Position numbers and translations under genes: made by a program. The notes beneath the pieces are model-generated. The model was not told the DNA's origin. It searched no databases and worked only from the letters and a program-made list of their open reading frames with translations. Positions 1-13,035 of a stretch of 64,000 bases of DNA are shown here, one piece after another; the stretch's first letter is position 1, and each line of letters begins with the position of its first letter. The stretch comes from Mobula hypostoma (taxonomy: Eukaryota). Where the stretch lies: assembly GCF_963921235.1 (NCBI RefSeq), contig NC_086113.1, forward strand, positions 47,430,001 through 47,494,000. The letters run 5' to 3'.

Positions 1-150
1 AAAGCCGCGGGTTACGCGAGAGTGACGCAAGTGCTCGCGCGTACAATTTAAACCGAGTGAGGGCAGCGGAAATGTTTGCGCATGCGCATGCGCTACTGCC
101 TTGGGGATAAACAGCACTGGAGTTCGGTACAAGGAAAACTTCGGCGTTTC
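1..150. promoter_or_regulatory. CpG-rich promoter, probably of GMNN (gene would run leftwards out of the window)
   Basis: Dense CpG; NRF1 palindrome TGCGCATGCGCA 77-88 plus an overlapping second copy; ETS-like GCGGAAAT 66-73; CRE-like TGACGCAA 23-30; CHR-like TTTAAA 47-52. GMNN assignment is from synteny only (human order TDP2-ACOT13-C6orf62-GMNN). Confidence 0.6.
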
Positions 151-200
151 TTTTGCTGCTTTCTATCTCTGCTCACTTAGCTTGAATGTACACAACGGTG

Positions 201-620
201 TCATCATCCTCATCAGGTGCCGTGCCCACTTTGAGCTGTGACTGCCATGGTCCACACACTCCTGTTTCGGGTCAAGTGGATCAATTCATTGGCATTCATT
301 TCCAGTTCTCTGGCTGCTGTCTCCATCATCATTTGTCTTTGTCTTCCTCTTGCTTTCTTCCCTTCAATCTTTCCCATAATTACCGTGCATTCTAACTCCT
401 CTTTCCTAATCACATGTCCAATTAAGTTACGTTGCCTTTTCATGATCTCATACATTATTTCTCTTTTTGTGTTTGCTCTGTTCATGACATTCTCGTTAGA
501 TATTCGTTTTGTCCATGATATTCTTTGCATCCTCCTCAAAAACCACATCTCTGCTGCTTCAATTCGTTTCATGTTACTAAATATCGCCCAACATTCTGAG
601 CCATATAACATAACTGGATA
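201..620 (-). mobile_element. RTE-clade LINE, 3' part (split by Gypsy insertion)
   Basis: ORF 213-659 encodes RTE C-terminus (YPVMLYGSECW..EAAEMWFLRRMQRISWT..IEGKKARGRQR); (TGA)n-like tail near 201-216; joins in frame with 5078-6016. Confidence 0.88.
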
Positions 621-754
621 TGTAATATTGATGTGACTCGGTGTAGATTGAACAACCAACTTTTATTCACCAGACTTCCATTTTTTAAACCCTTTTTCCA
701 CGTCCTGACGTCATACGCACTCTGACGCTACGATTACTCACACAATATATTACA
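621..754 (-). repeat. 3' LTR (134 bp)
   Basis: TGTAATAT...ATATTACA inverted termini; AATAAA on minus strand (662-667); CRE TGACGTCA 706-713; near-identical to 4935-5077. Confidence 0.95.
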
Positions 755-765
755 TCCCCCTTCTC
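755..765 (-). other. Polypurine tract
   Basis: GAGAAGGGGGA on minus strand directly before the 3' LTR. Confidence 0.9.
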
Positions 766-962
766 AAGATTTTTTTTACAACACTGTGAATTACCAAAAC
801 AATGCCTCTAGGTGTGCCCTTCTTACAGTGCAACAACTATGACATAAACTAAAAAAAATCTTACCTTGTACTGTATTCTGCATTGTATTTTACAATACTA
901 ATAGCAGTGTATTTTCTTTTACTAACATGGACTAATAAACCTTTTAATTCACTCCTTGGAAC

Positions 963-3900
963 TTATGTGTGACTTTGCCTCAAACTGTATGTCGAGTCTC
1001 TGTATCTAGCTGGAAGTTTGACTTGTCTCCCAGACCGTGTGTGATACAACTGTGACTGTGCTTGACCTTCATCCGTGTCAGTCTCACGAGTGACCTCTGT
1101 GTCTCTGTGGTCTGCATCATTCTTGGTGTCGTTTGTTTCCATGTCTGTATATGTGGAAATGTCCTGTGCATCTGTACATGGAAACTCACTCTCGCCTGTC
1201 TTCAGCAGATGCTTCCTGTTCCTCCCGTAGACTCTTCCATCGGGCGTGCGAACTATGAAGGATCTTGGTTGCTGATGTCTGTTCACAACCACAGCTGGTT
1301 GCCAAGTGTCTCCTCTCTGTATTCTGACATTTTCACCGGTATGCAGATCTGGCAACTGTATTGTATGTCTGTCATAGTAGCTCTTTTGCATTATTTTTGC
1401 TTGTACTTTTGCTTGTCATGTACGTGAGCATTACCTTCAGGAGTCAATAGAGTTGCGGATGTTGGCAGTTTGGACTTCAGACGACGTCCCATCAACAGCT
1501 GAGCAGGAGAGAACCCCACACCCTCAGTCGGTGTGTTGCGGTATTCAAGCAGAGCAATGTAAGGGTCACCGTTGTTGCTTTGTGCCTTCTTGAGCATGTT
1601 CTTGACAGTTTGTACAGTTCTCTCTGCTTGTCCATTAGACTGAGCGTGCCCTGGACTAGAAGTAACATGTTGAAATTCCCAGCTTTCTGAGAACCCTCTG
1701 AACTCACCACTGGCATATCGTGGACCATCGTCACTAACGACAATATCTGGAATATCATGTCTTGCGAATGTCGACTTCATTGCGGTAATGACACCTCGAC
1801 TGGACGCGTCACTTGGTGATCTCCGGATATTTTGAATAGTAGTCCACACAAAGCAGATATTCTGCACCATTGTAGTGAAAGAGATCTGTGCCAATCTTCT
1901 CCCATGGTCTTCCTGGTATTGGTTGGGAAGCAGAGGCTCTCTTTGATTGCTGTTTTTGTTTTCATTACAGACAGCACACTGAGACACAATGTCCTCTATC
2001 TGAGTTGACATGCCTGGCCAACAGAGAATATCCCTTGCTCTTTCTTTACATTTCACTATCCCCAGGGGTGACTCATGAATTCTGTTGAGCGTTTCCTGTC
2101 TCATTTGGTTTGGTACGATGAGTTTTGCCGTTTTGATCATTAGTCCTGATGCATAGCTGATTTCCTCTTTAAATGCCCAGTATTTCTGCATTTCCTTTGG
2201 AACATCTTTTCTTTCTGTTGGCCATCCATTCATTGTAATATCTCTTAGCATTTGCATTTCAGGATCATCTGCAGTAACTTTCCTGAACATGTTCAACTTC
2301 TCCTCAGAGATGGGTAGCTGAGGTGTAACCCAGTTGACCTCCAGCTCTCTTCCTAGCAACTCTTCCTTTTGCTCTTTGAGGTAAGCACGGCTCAAAGCAT
2401 CAGCGATGTACATTTCTTCTCCTGGCTTATAGATGACTGTGAGAGTGTACCTCTGTAGCCTGAGAAGCATCCTTTGCAGCCTCATAGGAGCTTGGTGGAG
2501 TGGCTTTTTGAAGATGCTCTCAAGTGGTTTGTGATCACTCTCAACCTGGATTTCTTTGCCATATACATATTGGTGGAACTTCTCACACCCATAAACTATG
2601 GCGAGTAATTCCTCGATTTGAGCATATCGGCATTGACAGTCCATAAGTGCTCATGATGCATATGCCACAGGCCTCCCATCCTGCAGTATAACAGCTCCTA
2701 TTCCCTCCGAACTGGCATCCACAGACATCGTCACTGGTTTATTGACATCATAGAACTTGAGTGCTGGTGCATTGGTAACCAACTGCTTCAATGTGTCAAA
2801 ACTTCTCTTTTGTTCATCTTCCCAATGCCATTCAGTGCTGCTCTCTAGTAGCTTTCGGAGTGGAGTGTTGACCTCTGATAAGTTGGGAATGAATTTGTCA
2901 AGATACTGTATCATGCCCATGACCCTCAATAGTTCTTGCTTGATTTCGGGTGGTGGTAGTGGTACAGCTTTTCATTATCTGGCTTTAGCCCATCAGCGCT
3001 GAGTACATGACCTATGTACTTGATCTCTGTAGTTCTGATCTTACATTTACTTTTGTTCAGTTTTAGGTTGTACTCACGTGCTCTCTCCAGGAGCTTCCTC
3101 AGTCTCTGATCATGTTCATCAATTGTGTTGCCCCATATCAGCAAATCATCAATGGTATTGACCACCCCGTCCAGGCCTTCAATCACTTGTGCCACGGATC
3201 TCTGGAATACCTCTGATGCAGAAGAAATCCCAAAGGGTAGACGCAGGAAACGATATCTCCTTATGGGCGTGTTGAAAGTGCATAATTTGGAACTTTCTTC
3301 ATCCAGCTTGATCTGCCAGAAACCTTGATTTGCGTCTAATACTGAAAAATATTTTGCATTAGGCATCTGGGAGACAACCTCTTCAACCGTGAGCAGTGAA
3401 TAGTGCTCTCTTTTGATGGCTTGGTTGAGATCTTGTGGATCCATGCAAATCCTCGTCTTTTTTTCTGTGACCACTGTCACCATACTATTCACCCAGTCGG
3501 TCGGTTCTATTTGTCTTGTTACGACTCCCATCTGTTCCATTCTGTGTAGCTCCTCCACTACTTGATCCCTGAGAGCTACTGGAATCTTTCTCGGGGCATG
3601 CACGATTGGTGCAATAGTTGGATCAATCTTGATATGGTGTTTCCCTGGTAAACATCCTAATCCAGAAAACAAGTCATCAAAGTCTTTGAGAATGTCATTT
3701 TCTTTTTCAACACCATAGATTCGCTTCACCAGGCCTAGCTTTGTGCATGTTGCTTTGCCCAGTATTGCTGAAACATGTTGCTGCACTATTTCAAACTCGA
3801 TCTTGTATTTTTGACCTTTGTAAAAAACAGGTGAGTGCTTTTTTGCCCAGTGGCGCCGTCTTGTGGCCGAAATATGCAACAAGCTCGCAGGTGGATTTTT

Positions 3901-4882
3901 CCAGTCTTCCTCTGATGTCCAGTGAGTTGAATGTTTCTGCCGACATTATATTGCACTTTGCCCCAGTGTCAAGCCTAAATGTCACTTTCCTCCTGTTTAT
4001 TTTCAGGTCTTGGGTCCAATCATCTTCATCCTCCATCTCTGCATTGTCAATATTCTTGATGCATACCTCCTGTTCCACTTCAACTGTGCCAATGAACATG
4101 TCACTGTTGCCCTCACTCTGTTCCACAGCATGCATTTTCCTTGCGTACTCCTTCGATTTGCACATCTTTGCAAAGTGATTTCTTTTCTGGCATAATTTGC
4201 ATGTCTGACCAAAGGCTGGACATTTTCTGTATCCATGTTTATAACCACACCTGTTGCAATTAACTTCCTTTTGATCATCCTGTGGAGCTGGCTTTGTCCT
4301 ACTATTGTCAGTTTTCACAGTTTTTACTTCATGCACTTCAATCTCTTCATTGAGCACTTTGACCTGACTTGACGTGATCTCGCTTGCACGGCAAACATCA
4401 ATCGCCTTTTCTAATGTAAGATCTGCCTCTCTCAATAGCCTGCCTCTCACTTGATCATCTCGTATGCCGCATACAATGCTGTCACGTAGTAAAGAGTCAT
4501 GCAGTTGTTCGAACTCACAGTCTTTTGCCTTGCTCTTCAAATCTGTTACGTAGGCGTCGATGATCTCCGTTGGTCCTTGAGCCCTTGTGAAAAACCGGTG
4601 TCGGATGAATGGTAAGTTTTTTCTCGGTTCGCAGTAATCTTGAAACTTTTTTTCAACACTTCAATTTTTTTCTTGCTCATCATCTTGGAAGACAAACGTG
4701 TTGCAAACCTTTATTGCCTCTTCTCCCGCTACGTGCAGAAACATAGCACATTGCACTTTCTCCGTCTTTTTAGCTAGGCCACTAGCGGTGCAAAACAGCT
4801 CAGACTTCTGGATCCATATTTTCCAGTTCTCAGCAAGATTACCTTGTAGGCTTAAACTTGACGGGGGCTGTAACTGTGACAT
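963..4882 (-). pseudogene. Gypsy gag-pol, disrupted by frameshifts and stops
   Basis: Gag with double zinc knuckle CNRCGYKHGYRKC-PAFGQT-CKLCQKRNHFAKMC; protease FRLDTGA; RT LDANQGFWQI..RLPFGI..TIDDLLI; RNase H VDASSEGIGAVIL; integrase IVVSDDGP..SNGQAERTVQT, spread over ORFs 4661-4882, 3791-4540, 2926-3882, 2651-2929, 1391-2644, 963-1391. Confidence 0.93.
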
Positions 4883-4922
4883 CTTTTACGTGTCTTCTCT
4901 TCCTTTTTATTTTTCGCGTTTT

Positions 4923-4934
4923 CTTCTGACACCA
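4923..4934 (-). other. Primer-binding site (tRNA-Leu type)
   Basis: TGGTGTCAGAAG immediately after the 5' LTR; complementary to the 3' end of vertebrate tRNA-Leu(CAA) as recalled. Confidence 0.8.
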
Positions 4935-5077
4935 TGTAATATTGATGTGACTTGGACACCAGTGTAGATTGAACAACCAACCTTTATTCACCAGACTTCC
5001 ATTTTTTTAAAACCCTTTTTCCACGTCCTGACGTCATACGCACTCTGATGCTACGAATACTCACACAATACATTACA
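4935..5077 (-). repeat. 5' LTR (143 bp)
   Basis: Direct repeat of 621-754 with a short indel and a few substitutions. Confidence 0.95.
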
Positions 5078-6016
5078 GATGAACATAACATTTCAGTACT
5101 CTGAGGCGGGTTGTCGTGCCTAGTTTAGTGTTGGTCAGTATACTCTTCATTCTCGTAAAGGTGTCTTTTCCCATCCCTATTCTTCTTTTGATGTCTGTGT
5201 TGCACCTGCCATCTGGTGTCACCCAGCTTCCTAAGTAGCAAAAGTTCTGTACTTGTTTTATGTCTTCCCCATTTATTCTCAGCCTTCAGATAGGATTCTC
5301 CTCCTTTTTGGATATCACCATACATCCTGTCTTTTTGCAATTGATAGATAGACCCATTTTTGCACTTTCTTCAACAACTATATCAATTAAGTTTTGTAGT
5401 TCTTCCTCCGTACTTGCAATTAACACAGTGTCATCTGCATATCTGAAATTATTGATGTTTACACCGCCAATTTCAATTCCCAAGATGTCTCTTATTTTTT
5501 GTAATATTGTTTCACTGTACACACTAAATAAATCAGGGGAGAAAACACACCCTTGTCTAACGCCTCTCTTGATTTTCGTAAACTGACTCACTTCTCCATC
5601 TATTCTTACAGCGGCAGTTTGTTCCCAGTACAGATTTCTGATTAGGTGGAGGTCTTTCGAATCTAGAGTTTTCTGTAATATTTCAAATAACTTATTGTGC
5701 TTCACTTTATCAAATGCTTTTATGTAGTTGATAAAACAAACAAACAAATCTTTTTGCACTTGAATAGCTCGTTCTGAAAGTATCTTTAACATCAATATTC
5801 CGTTTCTTGTCCCTTTGTCTTTCACAAAACCACATTGTTCTTTACCTATTTCAGCTTGTATCTTACTTTTAGCTCTTGTCATCAAAATTCTTAGAAGTAT
5901 CTTGGTGATATGACTCATTAAACTTATGATCCTATGTAATTCGCATTCTATTGCTCCAGGTTTCTTAGGAAGAGTGATAAGTACTGATTTTTTTCATCTC
6001 TTCTGGTATTATTCCA
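5078..6016 (-). mobile_element. RTE-clade LINE, RT region (5'-truncated)
   Basis: ORF 5286-5918: QCGF..KAFDKV..GVRQGCVFSPDLF..FRYADDTVLIA. Confidence 0.9.
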
Positions 6017-6052
6017 GAATAGTGTACGCAAGAAATAAATTGACTTCTATGG

Positions 6053-6475
6053 CAACGCACACAAGATACTGGAGGAGCTCAGCAGGTCAGACAGCAGCTA
6101 TGGAAATAAACAAACAGTCGACGTTTCGGGCCGAGACCACCTTCGGGAGTTACATGCCAGCTACATTACTGGAGTTGGCCTTAGAGTCATCCGCTACCTT
6201 TGCAGTTGAGTCTTGCCCAGTTCTGGAAAGAGTGAGGAATGTGACCCACAGCGTTTGTCAATTACAGATATAAATGTCAGTGATTGAGTTAGTGGCAAGT
6301 TTATTCAATGTATAGATTGGAAGGATTGGGGTTAGAATGAAGACAATCTATTTTTTTCTCTATTCTAAGAACTAGTTTTCTCGTTCGTATACATCTGGAA
6401 GGTCTTGGCCCGAAATGTCAACTGCTTGTCGATTTTCTTAAATGCTGTCTGAATTCCTCCAGCATTTGTGTGTTT
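6053..6475. repeat. Two decayed Penelope terminal-repeat fragments in inverted orientation (~6053-6145 minus, ~6395-6475 plus)
   Basis: Match the GGCCCGAAACGTCGACTG..CTCCAGCATTTTGTGTG motif of the better copies; hammerhead core lost. Confidence 0.65.
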
Positions 6476-7941
6476 TATTCTTGGCATATCCACCTCGGAG
6501 AAGCTTTTCCCCCAATTACATTAATAAACTATTGGAGAAGGACTCTTGATATCTTGTTTTTTGTGCTTAATTTTGTTTTTCTTGCGAATGTTAGATAATA
6601 GATGTTGCAAGTACGTTATTGTGCCTGTGTATATGTATACTTTTGCATATTATAATAAACGTTGCTTTGACTTTGCTGATCAGCAAAAACATGATGAGTC
6701 GTTTTAACTTTTTTTTGGTAAATATCACTGTAAGTACTTGGACTTGTGCTTTGGCCATATTGGAGCCTACTTAATGTTCAAGACATGTGCTATCTCTGCT
6801 GTTACTTATTGGAGAATTGGGTGTTTTTTTTATAACTTCATATGTGCATATAATGATGATATTCCAGATTTGGATCTTCAGGAGGAAGCAAAGTTTTCTT
6901 GTGTGTCACATTGTTGCTAGTACTCATTTGTGAACCTTGAAACTGAGCAAGTTGGGAGTGAGAAAGTGGACTGAGATATTTCAAACCTTCAAGAAAGATG
7001 CTATTCAGTGATGGGACTATACTTGCTGTTATGTGTGAAAGGGTCAAAACAAACTTTGCCTTTGGAAAAACTTTCTACTCTGAACTTCATTCTTTTTTTC
7101 TAGGATGCTTTTTATGAAGCTGATGGATTGCTAATTGATTTGCAAAAAAGCAACTTGTTGTCATTGGCTACCGAGTAGCATTACAATAACAAAGTAAACT
7201 CCTACATTCCTGCTTTAGTGGATAAACTCCAGGACTTCGCTCTCTCCTCCCATCTGGCACAGTGGGAACAGCACAGCGATTATTTCAAACGAACAGGTCG
7301 CCAGTTGGCTTTTACTGCACAAGCAGAAAGACACTTCCTTTACCAGTGAGGGGCTATGCTGCCTCTGTAAGATGAGCAAGACTTGGCACAGTGCTGGCTA
7401 CGGGCTCCGTCTGTTGAGGAAACCCTGTGTAAGACTAAGAATCCATCTAGAGAACAATCAGGGACGATGTCTTGACAATTTTCTGAGCACCAGTCTACAA
7501 ATTTTACCCTGTCAGCATTAACCACATTGTAGTCACAATCTGTATGATTCGCTTAAGTACCTGGGTTCAGTGAAAACAGAACAGTCTTCCAACCCAGATC
7601 AGCACTAAGGGTGTTATTTGCACCACCTTAATGACTTTGCAATACTTGAAGGATGATTGACAAGCCGCATGCCAACTGGAGCATGTGTGCCAGAGATGTG
7701 CAGTATGAGATACTGGGTTAAAGTCTTTTATCTTGTATTGGTTAGCTTTGCTAGAGGAAATGCGAGCTTTTGTATACAGATAACATTCATAGCATGTCGA
7801 TGGGTGTTGCTTATCTGCTGAAAGCCCCTCAACACTGAGTTTAAAGATGTAAATAATGGGCTTGAGGTTATGGGAGCTCTGGGACTGCATACTGTGTCAG
7901 TCAATAGCTTCTCGATTTTTCGTTAGTGTGCTTGGAGGACC

Positions 7942-8596
7942 ATTATGATTATGAGGACATGCAGTCCCCTTTTATTGTCATTTAGTAATGCATGCATTAA
8001 GAAATGATAAAAATGTTTTTCCAGAATGATATCACGAAAACACATGACAAACCAACTTAAAAACTGACAAAAACCACATAATTATAACATATAGTTACAA
8101 CAGTGCAAAGCAATACAGTAACTTGATAAGAACAGACCATGGCACGGTAAAAACCTCAGAGTCTGTCGAAAGTCCCATCATCTCACGCAGATGGTAAACC
8201 TCCAGCACCGCCAACTTGCCGATGCAGCATACTGGGAGCATCTGACCACAGTCCGACTCCGAGTCTGTCTGAAAAACTCCGAGCCTCTGACCACCTATTC
8301 AACACCGAGCACCGAGTACCATCTCTGCCGAGCGCTTCGACCCCGGCCCCGGCAATAGGCAATAGGCAAAGCCAAGGATTTGGGGCCTTCGTCTCCGGAG
8401 ATTCTCGATCGCACAGTAGCAGTGGCAGCGGCAGCGGAGCAGGCATTTCAGAAGTTAATCCAGATGTTCCTCTGTGCTTTCACATGGCTGTCCCCATCAA
8501 ATCCGGATTGTGCACAGCACCCCTAGTTACACATATCGATATTCATTCGGAACGGCCGCGCGCACTGCGTCACGCCGCCATCTTCTCCTCCCTCCC
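7942..8596 (-). mobile_element. Non-autonomous LINE-derived retroposon (same family as 46545-47215)
   Basis: 5' GGGAGGAGAAGATGGCGGCG (YY1 motif), 3' AATAAA, small stem-loop and (CATAAT)n tail; collinear with 46545-47215. Confidence 0.8.
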
Positions 8597-8756
8597 TTAG
8601 CTGCTTCTGGGTGGACACTGACGCGAGGCTTGAGAGGAACATAGATTTACAGCCCCCCAGCAATTGAGTAGCTGCGTTGATTGTGTCAAGTAAAATGGAT
8701 AAGATTTGGAAAACCAGTGAATAAGCTGAATGGTGGACTTGGCATCCACTGGCATA

Positions 8757-10792
8757 TTCACAGCTCTGTCATGGACTTTATCTGGAAATGCACAGAGGAC
8801 TGTGTGTCTCGCAAGATGATCCGGGTATTCCCTAACCGGAAACCTTGGATGAATTATGAGGTCAAGTCCCTTTTGAAGGCTAGGGCTGCGGCTTTTAGGT
8901 CCAGGGATACCAGTCACTACACGGAATCCAGGCGCGAACTCCAGAAAGCAATTAAGGGCGCCAAGAGGCAATATCGAGCCAAGTTGGAAGCCCAGGCTAA
9001 CCAAAGGGATGCCAGTAGACTATGGCAGGGTCTAAATGAGATCACTGGGTGCAAAGAAAAGGCTAGGAATATCAATAACTGTGGCGTTTCTCTTCCTGAC
9101 AAACTTAACATATTCTACGCAAGATTCGAACAGAAGAGGAGCGTCCCGCTCCCTCCGGATGAACTGGACCTGGTGGCATCGAGATTCATCGTCACCAAGG
9201 AGGACGTTAAAAGAGCCTTCCTGAAGATAAATCCAAGGAAGGTGACGGGCCCAGATGGCGTCCCAGGACAGGTTCTCCGGGCCTGTGCAAGTGAGCTAGC
9301 TGGAGTGTTTGCTGACATCTTCAACTGCTCCTTGCTTCAGTCTAAGATCCCCTCGTGTTTTAAGAAGGCAACGATAATCCCAGTGCCGAAGAAGAGCAAG
9401 GTGGCATGCCTGAATGACTATCGACCTGTGGCTCTGACATCAATTGCTATGAAGTGCTTCAAGAGATTGGTTATGGCACACATCAACCACAGCCTACCGG
9501 TCAACCTTGACGCTTTGCAATTCACCTACTGGAGCAACAGGTCAACGTCAGATGCCATCTCTCTGGCCCTACATTCCTCCTTAGAACACCTGGAGAATAA
9601 AGACGCATACGTAAGGCTCCTTTTCATTGACTACAGCTCTGTCTTTAATACCATCATTCCAAATAAACTGATTCCTAAGCTCCGGAACCTGGGCCTTAGC
9701 ACTCAGATCCGTAGCTGGATCTTCAACTTCCTCACAGACAGGACCCAGGCTGTAAAAATAGGGGACAAGCTCTCCTCTACAATCACTCTGAGCACCGGTG
9801 CCCCACAAGGCTGAGTACTCAGCCCCCTGCTGTACTCACTGTACACCCATGATTGTGTAGCCAAGTTTCCATCGAACTCAATATATAAGTTTGCTGATGA
9901 CACAATTGTAGGCCGTATCTTGGGTAATGATGAGTTTGAGTACAGAGAGGAAATTAAGAACCTGGTGGCATGGTGCAAAGACAATAACCTATCCCTCAAT
10001 GTCAGCAAGACAAAAGAATTGGTTGTTGACTTCAGAAGCAGTAGCGGACCGCTCGACCCCATTTACGTCGGTGGTGCGCCAGAGGAACAGGTCAAAAGCT
10101 TTAAGTTCCTCGGGGGTCAATATCACAAATGACCTGACTTAGTCCAACCAAGCAGAGTCCACTGCCAAGAAGGCCCACTAGCGCCTTTACTTCCTGAGAA
10201 AGCTAAAGAAATTTGGCCTGTCCCCTAAAACCCTCACTAATTTTTATAGATGCACGGTAGAAAGCATTCTCCTAGGGTGCATCACAACCTGGTATGGAAG
10301 TTGTCCTGTCCAAGACTGGAAGAAGCTGCAGAAGATCATGAGCCCAGCCCAGCAAATCACACAAACCAATCTTCCGTCCTTGGACTCACTTTACACCGCA
10401 CGCTGTCGGAGCAGTGCTGCCAGGATAATCAAGGACACGACCCACCCAGCCAACACACTTTTCGTCCCTCTTCCCTCTGGGAGAAGGCTCAGGAGCTTGA
10501 AGACTCGTACGGCCAGATTTGGGAACAGCTTCTTTCCAACTGTGATAAGACTGCTGAACGGATCCTGACCCGGATCTGGGCCGTACCCTCCAAATATCCG
10601 GATCAGCCTCTCGGTTTTTTTGCACTACCTTACTTTCCATTTTTTCTATTTTCTATTTATGATTTATAATTTAAATGTTTAATATTTACTATCGATTTGT
10701 ACTCCAGGGAGTGGGAAGTGCAGAATCAAATATCGCTGTGATGATTGTACATTCTAGTATCAATTGTTTGGCGACAATAAAGTATAAAGTAT
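8757..10792 (+). mobile_element. Rex1/Babar-clade LINE, 5'-truncated
   Basis: ORF 8681-9814 (FPNRKPWMN..LNDYRPVALTS..LLFIDYSSVFNTI..STGAPQG), continuing past a stop as VLSPLLYSLYTHDC..KFADDT; tail AATAAAGTATAAAGTATA. Confidence 0.92.
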
Positions 10793-10894
10793 ATGTCTGG
10801 CAGCTTCAGGAGGGCAATTGCAATGTCATCATGGAGATAATTAGGTTGTCTGTGTTCAATATGAAACTAAAGGCATCTGACTGATATCGATGCA

Positions 10895-11380
10895 GTTATA
10901 AAGAAGGCATGACAGTGACTATACTTCATTAGGAGTTTGAAGAGATTTGGTATGTCGATTAATATACACAAGAACGTCTATAGACGCACTGTGGAGAGCA
11001 TTCTGATGGGCTGCATCACTGTCTGGTATGCGGGGAGAGCTACTGCACAGGACTGAATGAAGCTGCAGAGGGTTGTAAATTTAGTTGGCTCCATTTTGGG
11101 TACCCAGGACATCTTCAAGGAGTGTTGTCTCAGAAAGGCAGCGTCCATTATTAAGGACCTCCAGCACCCAGGGCATGTCCTTTTCTCACTGTTACCATTG
11201 AGTAGGAGGTACAGAAGCCTGAAGGCACACACTCAGCGATTCAGGAACAGCTTCTTCCCCTCTGCCATCCAATTCCTAAATGGGCATTGAATGCGTGAAC
11301 ACTACCTCACTTTTTAAATATATATTATTTCTGTTTTTGCATGATATTTAATCTATACAAAATATATATACTGTAATTGA
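10895..11380 (+). mobile_element. Rex1/Babar LINE 3' fragment
   Basis: ORF 11057-11290 (KAASIIKDLQHPGHVLFSLLP..RFRNSFFPSAI). Confidence 0.85.
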
Positions 11381-11649
11381 TCTAGACAGATTGATTGCTG
11401 TATGCCCTACTGTCAACTGTTCCTTTTGTGCATCTCTCATTTTTCATAGGTATGCTTTGCTTTTACTTAAGACCTGTGACATGTCTAAGTTCTCTATCCA
11501 TACAATCCTTTGGCCGTCATCCTGAGGCCAAAGGATAGGACAGATAGATTTGGTAACCAGTCACAAAGCTTACTTTGTCAGTTATTTCTAACTTTTTTGT
11601 GTTCTGCTAAAGAAATGTTGATCTGAAATGTGAAATCTATTTTTAAGGT

Positions 11650-13035
11650 TGACGGTTCAATGAAGAGTGTGGAAGGTCATCATAGGTTGCAGTAGGACAT
11701 TATTGGGATCCAGAGCTGTGCTGAGAAATGGCACCTGGAGTTCATTCTGGAAAAGTGTGAAATGGCACACTTTAGAAAGTTGAGCTTGAACTCTGCATAC
11801 AAGGTTAAAGGCAGGACCCTTAGCAGTGTGAAGACACAGAGGGAGCTTGGGTTCCATGTCCATAGGTTCCTCAACGTTGCCATTAAGTTGATAGGGCAAT
11901 GGTGTGTCGGCCTTCATTAGTTAGGGGATTGAGTTTAAGAACAACAAGATATTGTATGAAGTTTTGGGCCCCCTATCTTAGAAAGGATGTACTGATGTTG
12001 GAGAGAGTTCAGAGAAGATTTATGAGGATGATTCCTGGAACGCAGGGGCTAACATATGAGGAGCGTTTGTCGGCTCTTGGACTGTATTCATTAGAGTATA
12101 AAAGCATGAGAGGGGATTTCATTGAAACATTTTGAATGTTGAAAGGGTTGGACAGAGTAGATGTGGAAAGGTTGTTTCCCTTGGTGGGTGAGTCCAGGAC
12201 AAGAGGCCATAGTCTTAGAATTAGAGGGTACCCAGTTAAAACAGAGATGAGGAGAAATTTTTTTAGCCAGAGGGTCATGGATTTGTGGAATTCGTTGCCA
12301 CATACAGCTGTGGAGGCCTGATCATTGAGGGTGTTTAAGGAGGAGATTGACAGGTATCTAATTAGTCAGGGTATCAAGGGATATGGGAAAAAGCCAGAAA
12401 TTGGAACTAGATGGGTGAATAGTTTAGCTCATGGGGGAGCTGCGGAGCAGACTCAAGGGGCCGAATGGCCTACTTCTGCTCCTTTGTCTTGTGATCTTGT
12501 GATATTATTGTATCTCTATAAAACTCTTGTTAGACCACACTTGGAGAATTGTTTTCATTATAGGAAGAATGTGGAAGCTTCAGAGAGGGTCCAGAGGAGA
12601 TTTACCAGGAATCTGCCTGGATTAGAGACTATGTTTTATTAGGAAAAAAATCTGAGCAAGCTAGGGCCTCCTCTTCCTTCATTCTTTGGAGTGAAGGAAG
12701 ATGAGAGGTGACTTGATAGAGGTGTTTAAGATAAGAGGTATAAATAAAGTGGACATGCAGCACTTTTTTCCCAGGGCAGAAATGGCCAATACGAAAGGGT
12801 TTTAAGGTGATTTGAGAAATGTATCAAGGGGGGATGTCAGAGGTGTTTTTTTTTACAGGGACTGCACTGCCAGGATGGTGGTAGAAGCAGATTTATTAGG
12901 GACATTTAAGATGGGCATATGGATGAAAGAAAAATGGAGTGTTATTTGGAAGGGAAGGGTTAGGGTGATCTTCAGGTAGGTTAGAAGGTTGGAGGAAACT
13001 GTGGGCAAAAGGACCTGTGCTGTACTGTTGTATAT
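11650..13035 (+). mobile_element. CR1 LINE 3' fragments; a second CR1 3' end (~11960-12503) nested in an older one
   Basis: FWAPYLRKDVLMLERVQRRF..SRTRGHSL..RRNFFSQRV..WNSLP; inner tail TCTTGTGATCTTGTGA; outer element resumes LYKTLVRPHLE. Confidence 0.85.

Larger units (their letters stand above)
621..5077 (-). mobile_element. Full-length Ty3/Gypsy LTR retrotransposon (Mag-like), 4457 bp, degenerate
   Basis: Two TGTAAT..ATTACA LTRs, PBS, PPT, 4-bp TSD (GATA 617-620 / GATG 5078-5081), domain order gag-PR-RT-RH-IN. Confidence 0.95.

Noticed and set aside
184-6031. TSD for the RTE LINE (GAATGTACACAA versus GAATAGTGTACGCAA)
   Set aside because: Needs an indel and a substitution and is offset from the tail; too weak to claim.
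8681-9814. Domesticated or active RT gene
   Set aside because: 5'-truncated Rex1 copy with an in-frame stop before the catalytic ADD motif and later frameshifts.
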